Shown here: piece by piece, positions 27,440 to 41,881 of the stretch | How positions within the stretch are numbered: the first letter of the stretch is position 1 | Layout: each line of letters starts with the position of its first letter | Assembly (NCBI RefSeq): GCF_009914755.1 | Contig: NC_060926.1 | Length of the DNA: 64,000 bases | DNA from: the human T2T-CHM13v2.0 reference genome, Homo sapiens | Direction: 5' to 3' (one strand) | Made by a program: the position numbers and the translations under genes | Notes under the pieces: generated by a model | The model's input: the letters and a program-made list of their open reading frames with translations, nothing else | Told to the model about the DNA's origin: nothing | The model's database searches: none

Positions 27440-28645
27440 GTCACATACTGGAGTGAATTCAAAATGTATCAACAACCTAAATATAAATGCTAAAACCATG
27501 AAGCTCTTAGACGAACACACAGGGGCAAATCTTCATTACCTTGGATTTGGCAGTGAATTCTTAAGTATGATACCAAAAGCACAAGTGACGGAAGAAAAAG
27601 TAGATAACTGGGTTTCATCAAAATTAAAAACTTTTGTGCATCAAAGGACATTATCAAGAAAGTTAAAAGACAACCTACAGAATGACTGAAAATATTTATA
27701 AATCACATATTGGATGGGGTTTAATATTTAGAATATATAAGGAATTCCTATAACTCAACAATAAAAAGGCAAATGATCCAATTTAAAAATGGACAAAGGA
27801 CTTTAATAGACATTTTTCCAAAGAAGATAAACAAATGGCTAACAAGCACATGAAACGATGCTCAACTTCATCAGATAATAGAGAAATGCAAATCGAAATC
27901 ACAATGAAATAACACCTAACGTGTTCTAGGATGGCTATATAATAGCCAGAGTTGGCAAAGATGTGGAGAAATTGAAACCCTCACACACGGCTAGCAGGAT
28001 TGTAAAATGGTTTGGTCGCTGTGGAAGAACATTTGTCAGTTCCTCAAAAAGCTAACTACTGAGTTACCATATGACCCAGCAATTCTATTCGTAGGTATAC
28101 ATTCAAAAGAATTGAAAACAGGGACTCAAACAGAGACTTACACACCAATGCTCATTGAAGCATTATTCACAATAGTCAAAAGGTGAAAACAACCCAAGTG
28201 CGCATCAACAGATGAATGAATAAACAAAATATGCAATATTCACACACACACACACGCCCGTGCCACACAGGAATATTATTCAGCCACAAGAAGGAAGGCA
28301 ATTTTGATATATGCTAAAGCACAAATGAACCTTGAAAACATCATGCGAATAGGCCAGACACAAGGACAAATATTGTATGAGTTCGCTAATATGAAATATC
28401 TAGAATAGGCACATTCACAGGGATAGAGAATAGATTAGAGGTTACCAGGGGATGGGGAACAGGAAGTTAGTGCTTAATGGTTACAGAGTTTCTGTTTGGG
28501 ATAGTGAGAATGTTTTGGAAATAGAGATGATGGTTGTATAACATTGTGCATGTAATTAATGCCATTGAATTGTACACTCAATAATGGTTAAAATGGCAAA
28601 TGTTATGTTACATTATTTAGGACCATAAAGATGCTTTAAAAAACT
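27440..28645 (+). mobile_element. Older L1 (L1MB-like) 3' fragment
   Basis: Degenerate ORF2 end (INNLNINAKTMKLL...) and L1MB-type 3' UTR. Confidence 0.8.
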
Positions 28646-28929
28646 AATTGCCAAAGGTTTTAATAAAAGACTTAGTAACACTCAGTGTCTTATTGAATAT
28701 TAGCTACAAGTTTCTCATACTAAAATGTGAAAATAATTTATACCTGGTAGAAAGATTTTATAGTTTGAGAAAATAAGAAGTATACAGAAAGTATCAATGA
28801 TTAAAAAATAGTGTACCTCATTACTATCGTAAAGTTTTAGAGTAAATTATACTATTCTAGAAAATATCTCATGGTGCCACTGAGCTCACTGTGTCATAGG
28901 GCTAAGCTGACATGGCAACTCTTTTTTTT

Positions 28930-30108
<1,179 letters not shown>

Positions 30109-30344
30109 GAGTGGCAGTCCTTAAGTGCCAACGTGAAGTGGCAGGCATAGGAAAGGGGCAAGACCACCAGACTCAGGGTCAGAAAACAAAAAGTGCGTCT
30201 TGGCCTGATGCGTATTCACTGTGAAGTTTCAGAAAAGTCACACAATTTTGTTAGCATCTGTCTTCTCATATGTAAAATGAGGATAGTAATTCTATATATT
30301 TTTAAAATTCAGTGATATAAGAAATAAACATACAATCAATTAGC

Positions 30345-30790
30345 TAAGGGGGGACGTAACTCAAATGTCCACCAATGGATGACTGGATAAACAAAATGTA
30401 GTATATCCATACAATGGAATATTGTCCAACCGTCAAAAGGAAGTCCTGTCGCATGCCAGTGTGGGTGAACCTTGAGGACATTATGCTAACTGAAATAAGC
30501 CAGTCACAAAAAGGCAAATACTGTCTGATTCCACTTACATGAGGTATCTAAATTAGTCAATTTCAAAGACACAGAAAGTAGAACAGCAGTTGCCAAGGGG
30601 TTCAGAGTAGGAAGAACAGGGAGTCGTTTAATGGGTACAGTTTCAGTTTTGCAAGATGGAAAAGGTCTGGAGATTTGTTGAATGACAGTGTGAGTATGTG
30701 ATACTTAACACTAGTAAACAGTAGACAAAAATGGCTAGAATGGTGAATTCTATATTGTGTGTATTTACCAGATATTAAAAAAATTTAAAA
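30345..30790 (+). mobile_element. L1MB-like 3' UTR fragment
   Basis: aaatgtccaccaatggatgactggataaacaaaatgtag...gaaataagccagtcacaaaaag. Confidence 0.75.
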
Positions 30791-31363
30791 GTCAGTGCCA
30801 AATGTCTGGTGGGTACTCAATGAATGTGTGAAAAATCCAAGTGGCCTCATTTCTCAAATTAACAATGGGAGGAAGATCACAAAGGAGAGAAAGCCCTGCC
30901 AATATAACTGAACACTTAGATTAAAAATTGGCTGTCCACAATTGAAGAGGAATTTCATATTAGCATATGAAATGATGACACAGTTTGGGTTTTTTAATTT
31001 TCTAAGAGTTAAACAATTATAATTTGGGATGCATTTTAATTACTTCCACCTAAGGCCTATAAAGTTATTTTATTATAAAATATGAAGAGTGGAGGGAGAC
31101 TAGGCCTTAATTGAAGGCAGCATCAGAAATAATAAATCTGGTTTAAAATATCCCCACTGGCAATTTTTTTTTTCTTAATTCAAATCTGCATGGAAGCACC
31201 AGCTTTATGAGGCTTAAGATGACATTGACCAAGCTAAGTTATTAGTCCCTCAATTCACTAGTGGGCAGAGCTCTATGCCGGCTCCAGGCAGGGAAAACAC
31301 AAGAGTAGGAGATGGAGTCTGGGTCCTCTGAAATTTACAGCTTATTTGGGAGCAGAACCTAGA

Positions 31364-31475
31364 CACACAGGCATGCAGGCACATACATACACGTGCACAC
31401 ACACGCACGCACATGAGCACACACACACATGCATATGCACACACACATGCATACATACATATACATACATATGTT
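31364..31475. repeat. Degenerate (CA)/(CATA) alternating purine-pyrimidine tract
   Basis: cacatacatacacgtgcacacacacgcacgcacatg... Confidence 0.8.
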
Positions 31476-31758
31476 ACACCTAATGAAACATTCATACAGC
31501 ACAATAAATGACTATGCCAACAGTAAAACTGAGTATAGAAACGAGGGGCAGTGTCCAGGCTGTTTTTGACAAAAATCTTTTGTTCCAAAAGATTTGTTAC
31601 TAAATGGAAAACTCAAATTTCTTGAAAGTTGTGACAAAAAAATTCCAGGTCCTATGGACAACTCACAGCTTTCAAAAGCCACTTTCACTTTTTGAACACT
31701 TTCCAAAATTAGTGTCTACAAAAGAGAAACAAAGGCAACTTTTGAAAAACAAGCTTAC

Positions 31759-31898
31759 CTTATAGTTAAAATATAGCCATCCTTTGGGACACGTTCCATG
31801 TTGTTTTGGTGTATCTTTCTTTTTCTCTATGAGCCAAACCTTTTTTCGCTTACAGATACTAGGCATAGAAACTGAACACTCTTCACTACCCCAGAGTC
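31759..31898 (-). CDS. PLA2R1: PLA2R1 exon 20 (end of CTLD5, start of CTLD6)
   Basis: ctccag|GA CTC TGG ... TAT AAG|gtaagc; (G)LWGSEECSVSMPSICKRKKVWLIEKKKDTPKQHGTCPKGWLYFNYK; 140 nt. Confidence 0.96.
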
Positions 31899-33475
31899 CT
31901 GGAGGAGAAAATGGGTTAGAAATGGCTTAGGAACAATGGCGATTCTTTGAAGGCATTCTCTATTGATCACTATTTTTATGAGGCTATGGTTTTTCATAAT
32001 TTATTTTTTAAAATCTAGAAACTGAACTAAACTACTGATCTTAGATTTCTCTAGGGACAACAGCTAACTGGGCAAGGCCAACTCAGTAATTTTAATTTAA
32101 GAATGTAAAAATTTTGCAAATTAAAAAAATCTAAATAAATACTGCAATTTGAATCATAGAACTGATTAAAATCTTAAGAATATTTGACTTGTGTAGCAAA
32201 AGAATACTTTGTAGGGTAACAATTTCATTTTAAAATGTTCAATTTCAATGTACAGAGAGGAAAAAGATTCTAAAACAGTAGATAATTTCTACTTTATAAT
32301 TCTTTAGAAAATATAATAATTTAGAAAAATTAACTCAAGAACTTCCAAGAAAACAGCATTTAATACTGATCCTTAAGTAAACCAGACTCACATATAGACA
32401 TGTCTTCAGTAAGAAATATCCTCAAATCCTTAGCCTCCGACAAACTAACTGCTTTTTTTTTTTTTTAATTTAGAAGAGCTATATTTTCAGAATAAGGATT
32501 ATAGAATGCATTTTATTGGCATCCAAGTCATAAATTCCAGAACAGGGCAGAATGCATGCCAATTGCAAGGGCAGGCTCAGTTTTCTAGATCAGGAATATG
32601 AGCCCAAAAGATGTTGGCATTTTGAAGGAAGGGCTGGAATGCTATTTTCAATGCAGATTAGCTGCTATTCTCCCAGACGCTCAAAACAGTCCTTTCTGTA
32701 GGCTGTTGTGACACCTGCTGGTAAAAGCAGGCTGATTAACCACACGGATTTTCCTTTCCTAACTCTCTGCAGAGGCCCTCACACCCAAAATTATTTTCTG
32801 TGTTTATCCCTCTCCTGGCCTGGGGCACAGGTTAGTTATGAATCTGTTAGAGTAATGGGTATCATTATCTTTTATTGGTTAGAAAGAAGGGGAATGAGTG
32901 GACAATCAACCTAACTACACTGCACTGATGAGGAGAATTTAAAAAACCAATCTTCAACCTAAATGTGCTTCTAAATCCAACTTGCAAACAGTTGCCATTC
33001 TAAAGCAAGCAGCAATTGATGACAGGTAGTAAAAGAAAAAAGAATACTGACTTGAATCAAAACATTTATTAAATAGGAAAATGGAAGTAAATTTCACAGA
33101 GGTTAAAGTTCTGGCCCATTATAAATTGGATATAGGAATAGATTTTTTTAAAAAGTGCTTCCATTGAAATACCATAGAAAAAAGTATTTGTCAGGCATAT
33201 ATTTCTTTAAAGTTTCATTGGGCCCATTTCTGGTGCTGTCTTGATTTATGAGGAAGGACTTATTCAGATGTAAATTATTTCCAAGAACATGAATGCATGG
33301 ATTGAACAGAAAAAAATGGCCATCCTTAAGCCTTATGGCAGACAAAACTGAACACGTCAACTGAAAAGAGAAATAAACAGAAACTTCTCATGGAAATGAT
33401 GCAAGGAAAAGACTTTAAGCCTCCTGAAAATTATCAGTTTGTATTATAAACCCAAAAATGGGTAAGTAAAATAAC

Positions 33476-33579
33476 CTGTTATAGAAGAAATAAAGCCACA
33501 TCTCTGGCTCTGATTATTCACAGTTCTTTCTCTTCCTGTGTCCCAGTTCTGGTATATCACTGGTGTTCCATCTCTCCAG
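33476..33579 (-). CDS. PLA2R1: PLA2R1 exon 19 (CTLD5)
   Basis: ccacag|C TGG AGA GAT GGA ... ATA ACA G|gttatt (weak donor); WRDGTPVIYQNWDTGRERTVNNQSQRCGFISSIT; 104 nt. Confidence 0.95.
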
Positions 33580-33772
33580 CTGTGGGAAGATTAAAAATGT
33601 TAAGGTCTTCTCTCATTCTGCATGTCCAGTCTCCAACATCATTCTTAGAGTTCTGAGGTAGGGATTGAAGATATAATATTCTATTAAATTTAAAAAATAT
33701 ACTCATATGTAGCATAGTACCTATAGTTAACAATATTGTATCATATACTTAAAATTTTTCTAAGGTGGTAGA

Positions 33773-34061
33773 TTTTTTTTGAGATGGAGTCTCTCTCTGT
33801 CACCCAGGCTGAGTACAGTGGCACGATCTCGGCTCACGGCAGCCTCTGCCTCACGGGTTCAAGTGATTCTCCTACCTTAGCCCCCCCAAGTAGCTGGGTC
33901 TACAGGTGCGCACCACCACGCCCAGCTAATTTTTGTATTTTTAGTAGAGAGAGAGTTTCTCCATGTTGGCCAGGCTGGTCTTGAACTCCTGACCTCAGGC
34001 GATCCGCCCTCCTTGGCCTCCCAAAGTACTGGGATTACAGGTGTGAACCACCGCGCCCAGC
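33773..34061 (-). mobile_element. Alu (AluS-type) within an old L1M 3' fragment
   Basis: Antisense Alu; degenerate TSD taag..ggtagatttt on both sides. Confidence 0.9.
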
Positions 34062-34367
34062 TAAGAGGGTAGATTTTATGTTAAGAGTTCTCATCACAAA
34101 AATGAATGAATTAGTGAATAAATAAATAAATGAATAGAGCAGGAAAGAAAGCTTTTGGAGGTGATGGATATGTTTATGGCTAGATTGTCGGGATGGTTTC
34201 ATAAGCATATTCTTTAAAAAACACTCATGTCTTTGGTTAGAGAAGTGAAAATTTATAAGTTAATGTTTGAAGGGTATTCAACAAATTGATCACTAAAATT
34301 GAATCTAATCATTCTGCAAATAAAACCTGTCAAACAAAATTAAATGCAAATGAATCTAGGTTCATAC

Positions 34368-34432
34368 CGAAATTCATCATTGGCTCTTTCTTCTTGAAGT
34401 CCAATCCACCAACTTGCACCATACTTTGATAG
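34368..34432 (-). CDS. PLA2R1: PLA2R1 exon 18 (CTLD5)
   Basis: caatag|CTA TCA AAG ... TTT CG|gtatga; LSKYGASWWIGLQEERANDEF(R); 65 nt. Confidence 0.95.
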
Positions 34433-35000
34433 CTATTGAAAGAAAAAAAGTCAGCATTTATTCTACTTGTTTTCCTTTTTCACTATTAAGAGTAATGGGG
34501 TTGCTGCTAATAGCTTTCTATTCTTCAGTATTTTACCCAATTATCTAAGGAAGAATACACTAAGGCCTAGCATCTTGAGAAAACCTGAAACTTCATTATC
34601 CTAAAATATTCCCCCCATTACGAAGAAAAACTGGAATCAAACATGGAAAATAATTTTAGTTTCATACAACTTGAAAAGTAATGTTTCTAACTCTCTAAGA
34701 AGGTTTTAAAAAGTAATATTAGAAAATGAATTCATTTTCTGACAAAAAATTATTGGCTCATCCTCTCAGTTATTTACCCTCTCAGTGATTTATAATTCAT
34801 TGCATATGTCACATGTATTTGAAAAACAATTCAAGGTATCAAGGCATCATTAGTATAAAGATACTGATTTTAGGTATTAGTCTGATTGCTAAGCTTTAAG
34901 CAGTATAAGCTTTCCTTCCCATTCAAATAGAGAGACACAATATAGGACAAAAGAATACTACAGAGTGCCCAGTGTTTGACAACTAGAAAATTATCCTTTT

Positions 35001-35576
35001 GATGAGTTCATGTCCTTTGCAGGGACATGGATGAAGCTGGAAACCATCAATCTCAGCAAACTAACACATGAACAGAAAACCAAACACCGCATGTTCTCAC
35101 TCATAAGTGGGAGCTGAACAATGAGAACACATGGACACAGGGAGGGGAACATCACACACTGGGGCCTGTCGGGGGGTGGGGGGCTGGGGGAGGGATAGCA
35201 TTAGGGGAAATACCTAACGTAGATGACAGGTTGATGGGTACAGCAAACTACCATGGCATATGTATACCTATGTAACAAACCTGCATGTTCTGCACATGTA
35301 TCCCAGAACTTAAAGTATAATAATAAAAAAAGGAACCAGATTTATATGTGTCAACATGGACACATTTCAAAATATGTACTTTTTAATATAAAATTAAACT
35401 GTATAACAAAAAATTGGAATTTTAGTAGATTATAAATTCTATGTTAACAGAGTGATATAGTTATCACCAATAAAAAAACCACTTAATCTAAGATTGTATT
35501 AGTAATGTTGTAGTGTTCAGAATAAAGGTAGTAAAAATTAGTAAGGAAATAGAAGACTTGAACAACAACAACAAAA
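35001..35576 (+). mobile_element. 5'-truncated L1PA (35001-35331) plus probable 3'-transduced segment and second A-rich tail
   Basis: 16-bp TSD agaaaattatcctttt at 34985-35000 and 35577-35592 encloses the L1 end and ~230 nt of extra sequence. Confidence 0.85.
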
Positions 35577-35688
35577 AGAAAATTATCCTTTTACATTTTA
35601 CTAATTTTATACCACTATTAATCACTTGGACCTAAGTACAATAAAGTATAAAATTAAAGCACTATGTGCATGCATGTGCACACGTGTG

Positions 35689-35693
<5 letters not shown>

Positions 35694-35722
<29 letters not shown>
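35694..35722. repeat. (CA)n microsatellite
   Basis: Direct reading. Confidence 0.9.
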
Positions 35723-35723
<1 letters not shown>

Positions 35724-37582
35724 TTAGGGCAGATGTACTGACTTATGACCCAGGAAATTGAAATTCCCTCTTTAACTATAAAAGAGGAAGAGGAAGTAAG
35801 GGTTTTTCTAAGACCTGTAAATCAGTATACTTAATGGGGGTGTGTGTGTGTGTGTTGTGTGCTGAACTGTAAGTTAATTTTTATATGCTAAAATCCTGTT
35901 AATTTGAAGGCATTATATATTTAAATTTGTACTCTCGTTTCTTCTGTAAAGACTTCAGAAGAAATTTTAAGATACATTATTTTTCCATAGGAATTTCAGC
36001 TCTCCATACAACAGAACCCAATAGCCCTCTAACAATCTAATTTATAAACAGGTATTTTTATTCTGTAAACAGCATGGCTATTTGTCATATCAGCAATTTG
36101 AGAATAATGCAAGATGGAACAACTGTAATTTTGTATCCCTGAGGTGTTGTTTCGTGGACATGTTCTTACAGGCTGAATTCAGATTCCCATTGTCAGACGT
36201 TGGAATGGGTCCACTGAGACTGGCTGTTAACTCAGTGGGGGAACCACAACAATTTCATTCAATCTAAAGAGGTTTCATGTGCCACGGGACTGGAAATCAT
36301 GGCCTGGATTGTTCACTGCCCCAATTAAGGACCTCTAAAGAGAAATTATAACTGCTGCATCCTAAGTGGCATATTTATTACCACCTCAATTATGGCGTGG
36401 TAACCTCCACATGGCACATCACAACCTGTTGTGATATGGCACAGAACTGAACTTCATAGGAGATGCTAGAAGATACCCAGAATGGAACATCCAATGTGAA
36501 AATGGATGTTTGAAATTTTAGCTTAAGAAGGCCACAACAATAGAAGACTTATTAACATGTGTTTGCATAAAGAAATGTGATAGAGAAGTAAGCTCAGGGC
36601 TTAAAAAATGTCATATGAACATGCATTTTATAACATCAACTATGTTTTGGTATTTACAAACAGCCATTATAGTTAGCATCATATGGAAACAGCATTTACC
36701 AAAAACAAACAAAACCCCACAGTGACAGTCACTACATTAATCCATAAAGCAATATAAGGAAGAACAACCTGTCATCTTTTAAAATGTTCCCATCAAGGAT
36801 GACAAATGATATTTTGGAGGAGGACTAATAGATTTGATATGTATTTTGAGAAGCATTTAGAAATAAAAATTTAATAATAATGGTAAATTGCCATTTCAAA
36901 ATGACAATACTGCATAACAGTGTAAAAATGTCAGATAAGCAGACTAATTAGCTAGTAGTTTGTGTCAAACAACTCCTAAAGTGCTTGCAGCGTTTTTTCA
37001 GCATTAATGTGATTATCAAGATGGCTCAAAAAATAAATTCACTCTAATCATGCTTTATGGTCTTCTGTTACTCAAAGAGTGGGAGAGAAAATATTGACAT
37101 TCTTTTTCCAAGATGGAAACATTTTATTAAAATTTTTATTTGCTTCAGATTTTTAAACTGTATCTAGCTTGCTTGTTCATAATTAATTTTTTTGACACTG
37201 CAACTAACTGTTATTTTTGTTTTTCACAATTCTAATCACTGCTCTTCTTAGGGAAGCTACACAAAGCACATACGTAATTTTAAAAATATTTAATTACTTA
37301 TTTGTACTCTTCCTACATTTATAAGATAAATGTGAGACAGAAGTGAGTGGAATCACCTCTACACATCTTGCTCCTCATCCTGGAATGAAGTAACTTCTGG
37401 ATTGACCCATTCCAGCAGGACGTTCTTAGGTGTGGGGTTTCTTTCTTACAAAATGTGAACACCACTATCACCACCACCAACAATAAGTGCCCAAGGTAGG
37501 CACAAATTATGCAGAAATAAGAATTTTTTGGAAAGCAACAGCTTTCTTCTTTCTAATTTGATATCCTTTCCCCTTGGACCCC

Positions 37583-37933
37583 ACTACAGACTAAATGTTT
37601 GTGTCCCCCTAAAATTTACATTGTTGAAATCCTAACTCTCAAGGTGATATATTACAAGGCAGATGGCAGATGATAAGGTCATGAGGGTGGGGGGTGGGGG
37701 TGTCTCATGAATGGGATTAGTGCCCTTAAAAGGGGACCTTGGAGAGCTCCTTTGCCTCTTCCACTATGTAAGGATACATATGAACCAGGAAGTGGGCATT
37801 CACCAGACATCAAATCTGCCAATGCCTAGATCTTGAGTTTCCAGCCTCCAGGACTGTGAGCAATAATTTTCTGTTGTTTGTAAGCTGCGTAGTCTATAGT
37901 GTTTTTTTATAGCAGCCTGAAAAGACTAGGACA
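37583..37933 (+). mobile_element. MaLR LTR (MLT1A-like)
   Basis: aatgtttgtgtccccc...gttgaaatcctaac...gggattagtgccctt...ccagcctccaggactgtgag...tatagcagcctgaa..gactaggaca. Confidence 0.8.
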
Positions 37934-40290
37934 GTCCCCTGGCCCTGTTCTCAGTATTCAAATCCTATACCTTCCCATAACTTTCTTTTGCAGCACAGTG
38001 GGGAGATTAGTTAGCACCTTACCCATGAAACTGATGGGGCATTCTACATCAACGTGGTCATAGGCCAGGTGACAATTTTGCCATATAAGGCACCATAAAG
38101 TTTGTCTGATTTGAGGTCAGAATCCTCAACTAGATCATGGCAGTGGCTATGATGACTCAAACTGCTCAGCCTGTGGGGTTTCGCCCTTCCCTTCCATGGG
38201 AGGCATTATCTACGCCATCCCCATTGGCTTCCCAACTTCCAAAGATTAGGAGATGAATTAAGAGGAAAGGTGAAGACAGAAGATCTACAGAAGTTCCCAG
38301 CAGAGCTAAGCTCTGTTGGAAAGATCAAAGAAGCCCTTCATTGTTCATGTCTGAGACGAAGCTGGCAGCCATGTTTTGGGGAGGATTTTGGAACTAGCTT
38401 TTGATGTAATGAAGACGTTGTGCTCTTACATGCCCTGACACTGCTGTTCCACTGTCACAGGCAGCACCGTGTAGGGTTTTTAAATGACTGGATAAATAAG
38501 ATGGCCTGGGTTTCTTTCCAAATTCCACCACTTAGCTGCTGTGTAACCAAGTTGCTTAACCTCTTTGAAGTCTTAGCCTACTCACCTGTAAAAATGTACT
38601 AATAATAGACTTCCCACAGGGGGTTCTTGGGAAGATTACATTTTAGTACTTATCATAGTACCTGAAACAGTTATGGTAAGTATAGCCAAATATCAGCTCT
38701 TTTTGGGTTGTATACTTTGCATGCGTATGGATTAGTTTTCAGCCATTCATCTGGTCTCTTGTTATTGCCCTCTGAGGTGAGGAGTATGGTGTCTGGCTAA
38801 AGAAATGTGTATTTTCCGACATCATGGTATAGAATTGAACATGCTCATATTGAACATTATGGTTTTGGCTTGAGTGTTCCATTCGTAAGAGTGGAAGGGT
38901 GACAAAATAGTGTACAAATTTATGATGGGGAAAATTCCACATCTAGTGGTTGTTCTGCAACTGAGTGTCTGTGGGACCATGTGATTGTCATCTAACTTCT
39001 CTTTTTCTCGGCTTCTTCATCAGAATGTAGCAGGAGTCCTGACCTGCTTGTACCTCATGGGCTGTATGTGCAACAGACAAGATATAGAGACAGTAAATCC
39101 CCATGAACTGTGAGGAAAGACATTTCTTTCTCAAGCCTAGGATGCTTTAATACAGGGCTTCATTTTATAGTCAACTTACAGAGATATAAAAAGATGATAG
39201 AGTTAGAAAGGATTCCTGAAGATCATGAAATATGATTAAATTACAGGAAAAGAAAATGGCTTTTTCTTGCTTTCAAAGCTTCCAAGGGAAAGGGGAGTGA
39301 GGATTTCCCGCCTTCATGCCCCCATTGTAATTTGCACTTTCTGTGCCCTTTCTATTTACTACATCATATCACTTCCAGCTTTAGTTTTTAAATTTATGTT
39401 TTAAAAATTGAAAAATAAAATTGTATGTATTTATTGTATACAACATGATGTTTTAAAGTATATATATCTAGCCTTTTTAAAAACAGAGACTGTATCTCAT
39501 ACATTTTTGCATCTTTGACAAATATCCCAGTGCCTGGCACATACTTGATAATGAATGCTTATTGAAGGAACACACTGAAAAAGTACACTATTCTTTGCCA
39601 GTTTATTATTTAATAGGTCTTACATGTTTCTTTCTTACTAGCTTAGTTCTGCAAGGAATTAAGTAGCCTTTCTCTACTTTAAGTTGAAATAGAAAACTAC
39701 TCCTTACTATTTTCTGTATATTAGTCTTTACAAACTTAAAAATAATGTACTCTTTCTTGTAAGATTTGAAAGTTTAAAACTGCCAGGCACCCCCCCAGGT
39801 ATTCCTCATCCCTCATTTGAGCTTAATTTTCCTCTGTGGCATTTATCCACTTATTTTTTCTAATATATTATATAATTCTATTTACTCGAATTGATTATGG
39901 TCTTTCTTCCCAGACGAGAATATAAACTCCATGAAGATAGGAATTTGGGTCTTTTTTAATCACTGGTAAAACCCCAGTTCTACCAGTGATTAAATGATCG
40001 AATGAACCTCATGAAACAATCTCGACGTGCTCACCATTGTTGCTAACAAAGAATGAAGAGAAGGGAAATGACTGAGCAATACAGTAAACCTGTACCTCCA
40101 TTATTTTCTCTTAATCTCTATAATAGGAAAAAAATTCTCAAAAATCTATGGCTTTACTGAAATCTATGGCTTTTACTGAAGTTTAAATAAATATCCGAAG
40201 TCAAATCGAAAAAACTATCCCTCCCTCCCTCCCAAGGGCAAAAGAAGGTGCTAAACTCTGAATTTTTCGTGGTGAGTTATGTTCAAGTAC

Positions 40291-40448
40291 CGCTTTTATT
40301 TTGCTGTGGATGAATTCTTGCTCATGTGCAGAATGAATTGTGAGAAGATCACTGTGCAGCCAGCTACAGACAAACTCAAAGTTCAACCATTCTGAGGCAA
40401 AGGTATGAAAAAGGTATTCTGCATCCTGATAAAAGAGCCAGGGTACAT
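40291..40448 (-). CDS. PLA2R1: PLA2R1 exon 17 (CTLD5)
   Basis: tttcag|AT GTA CCC TGG ... AAA GCG|gtactt; (D)VPWLFYQDAEYLFHTFASEWLNFEFVCSWLHSDLLTIHSAHEQEFIHSKIKA; 158 nt. Confidence 0.96.
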
Positions 40449-40909
40449 CTGAAAAAGAAACAGTGAAAATAATGCTGAAATGATAAATAGGTATGCTAGG
40501 ATTGACCCCAAATTTGAGATTTGGTCACTCAACATTAAAAATAATTGTATACACACACACAGGAATTTGAACACACACACACACAGACACATATGCACAT
40601 AAATAGATATATAACTTGCTTTTTTTCTTTGGTCTATCTCTTACAAGATACCTTCACTAGTATTAAAAGGTCGGGGATAGGTACATATTCTAAAATCGCA
40701 TGTCATGAATATGATTGATGATACTAGTCCTTAATCATATTAAATGACTACATTTATTAATTATTAATTTGAACAAATTAGCTCTAGGTTGACACAAGAA
40801 AAGAGAGGCTCGATTTGAGAAATGTAACAACACATTAATGGTATATAATAGCACTTATATGGTATATATTAATAATTAGAAATTCAAGAGCTGCCAGAGT
40901 CGTTCTTAC

Positions 40910-40945
40910 CGTACTGGTACCAGAACGGAATCTTGGGTTTCACAT
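40910..40945 (-). CDS. PLA2R1: PLA2R1 exon 16 (36-nt linker exon)
   Basis: ttgcag|AT GTG AAA CCC AAG ATT CCG TTC TGG TAC CAG TAC G|gtaaga; (D)VKPKIPFWYQY; phase 1 at both ends. Confidence 0.94.
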
Positions 40946-41508
40946 CTGCAAAGTGAAAGCAAATCACTTTGACTGATCTTGCTTCTCAAGTGCATTGTCT
41001 GTGAATTACTTCAGCTCTAAACACACTATTTTGTCCTTCATCTTTTAAAACATCACTTTAAAACAGGTACATTGTGCTGTTTGGAATATATGGTGAGTTC
41101 TCACACTTGAAGAGGAAGCTCCAGAGAGGCTTCTAATTAAAGAAGGAAGGACATGAGCACTTGCTGAGGCCACTGTGTGCCACACACTGTCCCAGGTGTT
41201 TCCACTTACTCATTGTGCAAGTAATTCCATTTGCTCTGTAATGTCAAAGTGACATTTTTCCCCGACTATACTTGCACTATAAATATTCTGCAATATTAGC
41301 TGGTTACCTTAGTTCCCAATGAACTAACTTGGCATCCTGCATTGGTGTCGCCTTTTCCCATTTCCTATAGAAACATTTTTTGCTAAAGTAGTGTAATTTA
41401 TTTTATCATGCAATTTGTTGATATTGTGGTTTGGGGTGTTTAAATTGGGAAAGTACTAGAGATTATTAGAAATCAAACATATAGCAAAGATCTTACTACT
41501 ATTTTTAC

Positions 41509-41641
41509 CTCTTGGGATTTTGCATATCCATTCACGTTTGGAACCACAGTGTAAGGGCAGCAATGTTTTGTTTGCCTTATAAACAGCACAGTTTCTTGCA
41601 TCTTCTCCAAAATAAGTGTTGTCTAAAAACGAAGAGACAAC
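41509..41641 (-). CDS. PLA2R1: PLA2R1 exon 15 (end of CTLD4)
   Basis: ctgcag|GTT GTC ... CCA AGA G|gtaaaa; VVSSFLDNTYFGEDARNCAVYKANKTLLPLHCGSKREWICKIPR; 133 nt. Confidence 0.96.
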
Positions 41642-41881
41642 CTGCAGCAGATGAAGTTCATTATTCCTTAATGATGATCCCCCCACAAAGTTTCAAAAGA
41701 TCAAAAAGGGCATCCCTGTACATAAGCATTATAGGCTACTCCAGGAAGCTTCAGAAATGTCTGGATGTCATTCTAGTTGAAGGTTGTTTCACATTTGTGA
41801 AGAACAAGCTAATCAATATTTAGCATTTTTTTTCTTAAAGATGCCTTTTTAAAAAACAAAAACAAAAACAAGAAAACAAAA

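Noticed and set aside
35161-35207. G-rich tract with G-quadruplex potential
   Set aside because: Standard polypurine tract of the L1PA 3' UTR; not locus-specific.
40142-40180. ~18-19-bp direct repeat aaatctatggcttt(t)actg x2
   Set aside because: Ordinary slippage duplication; no further structure.
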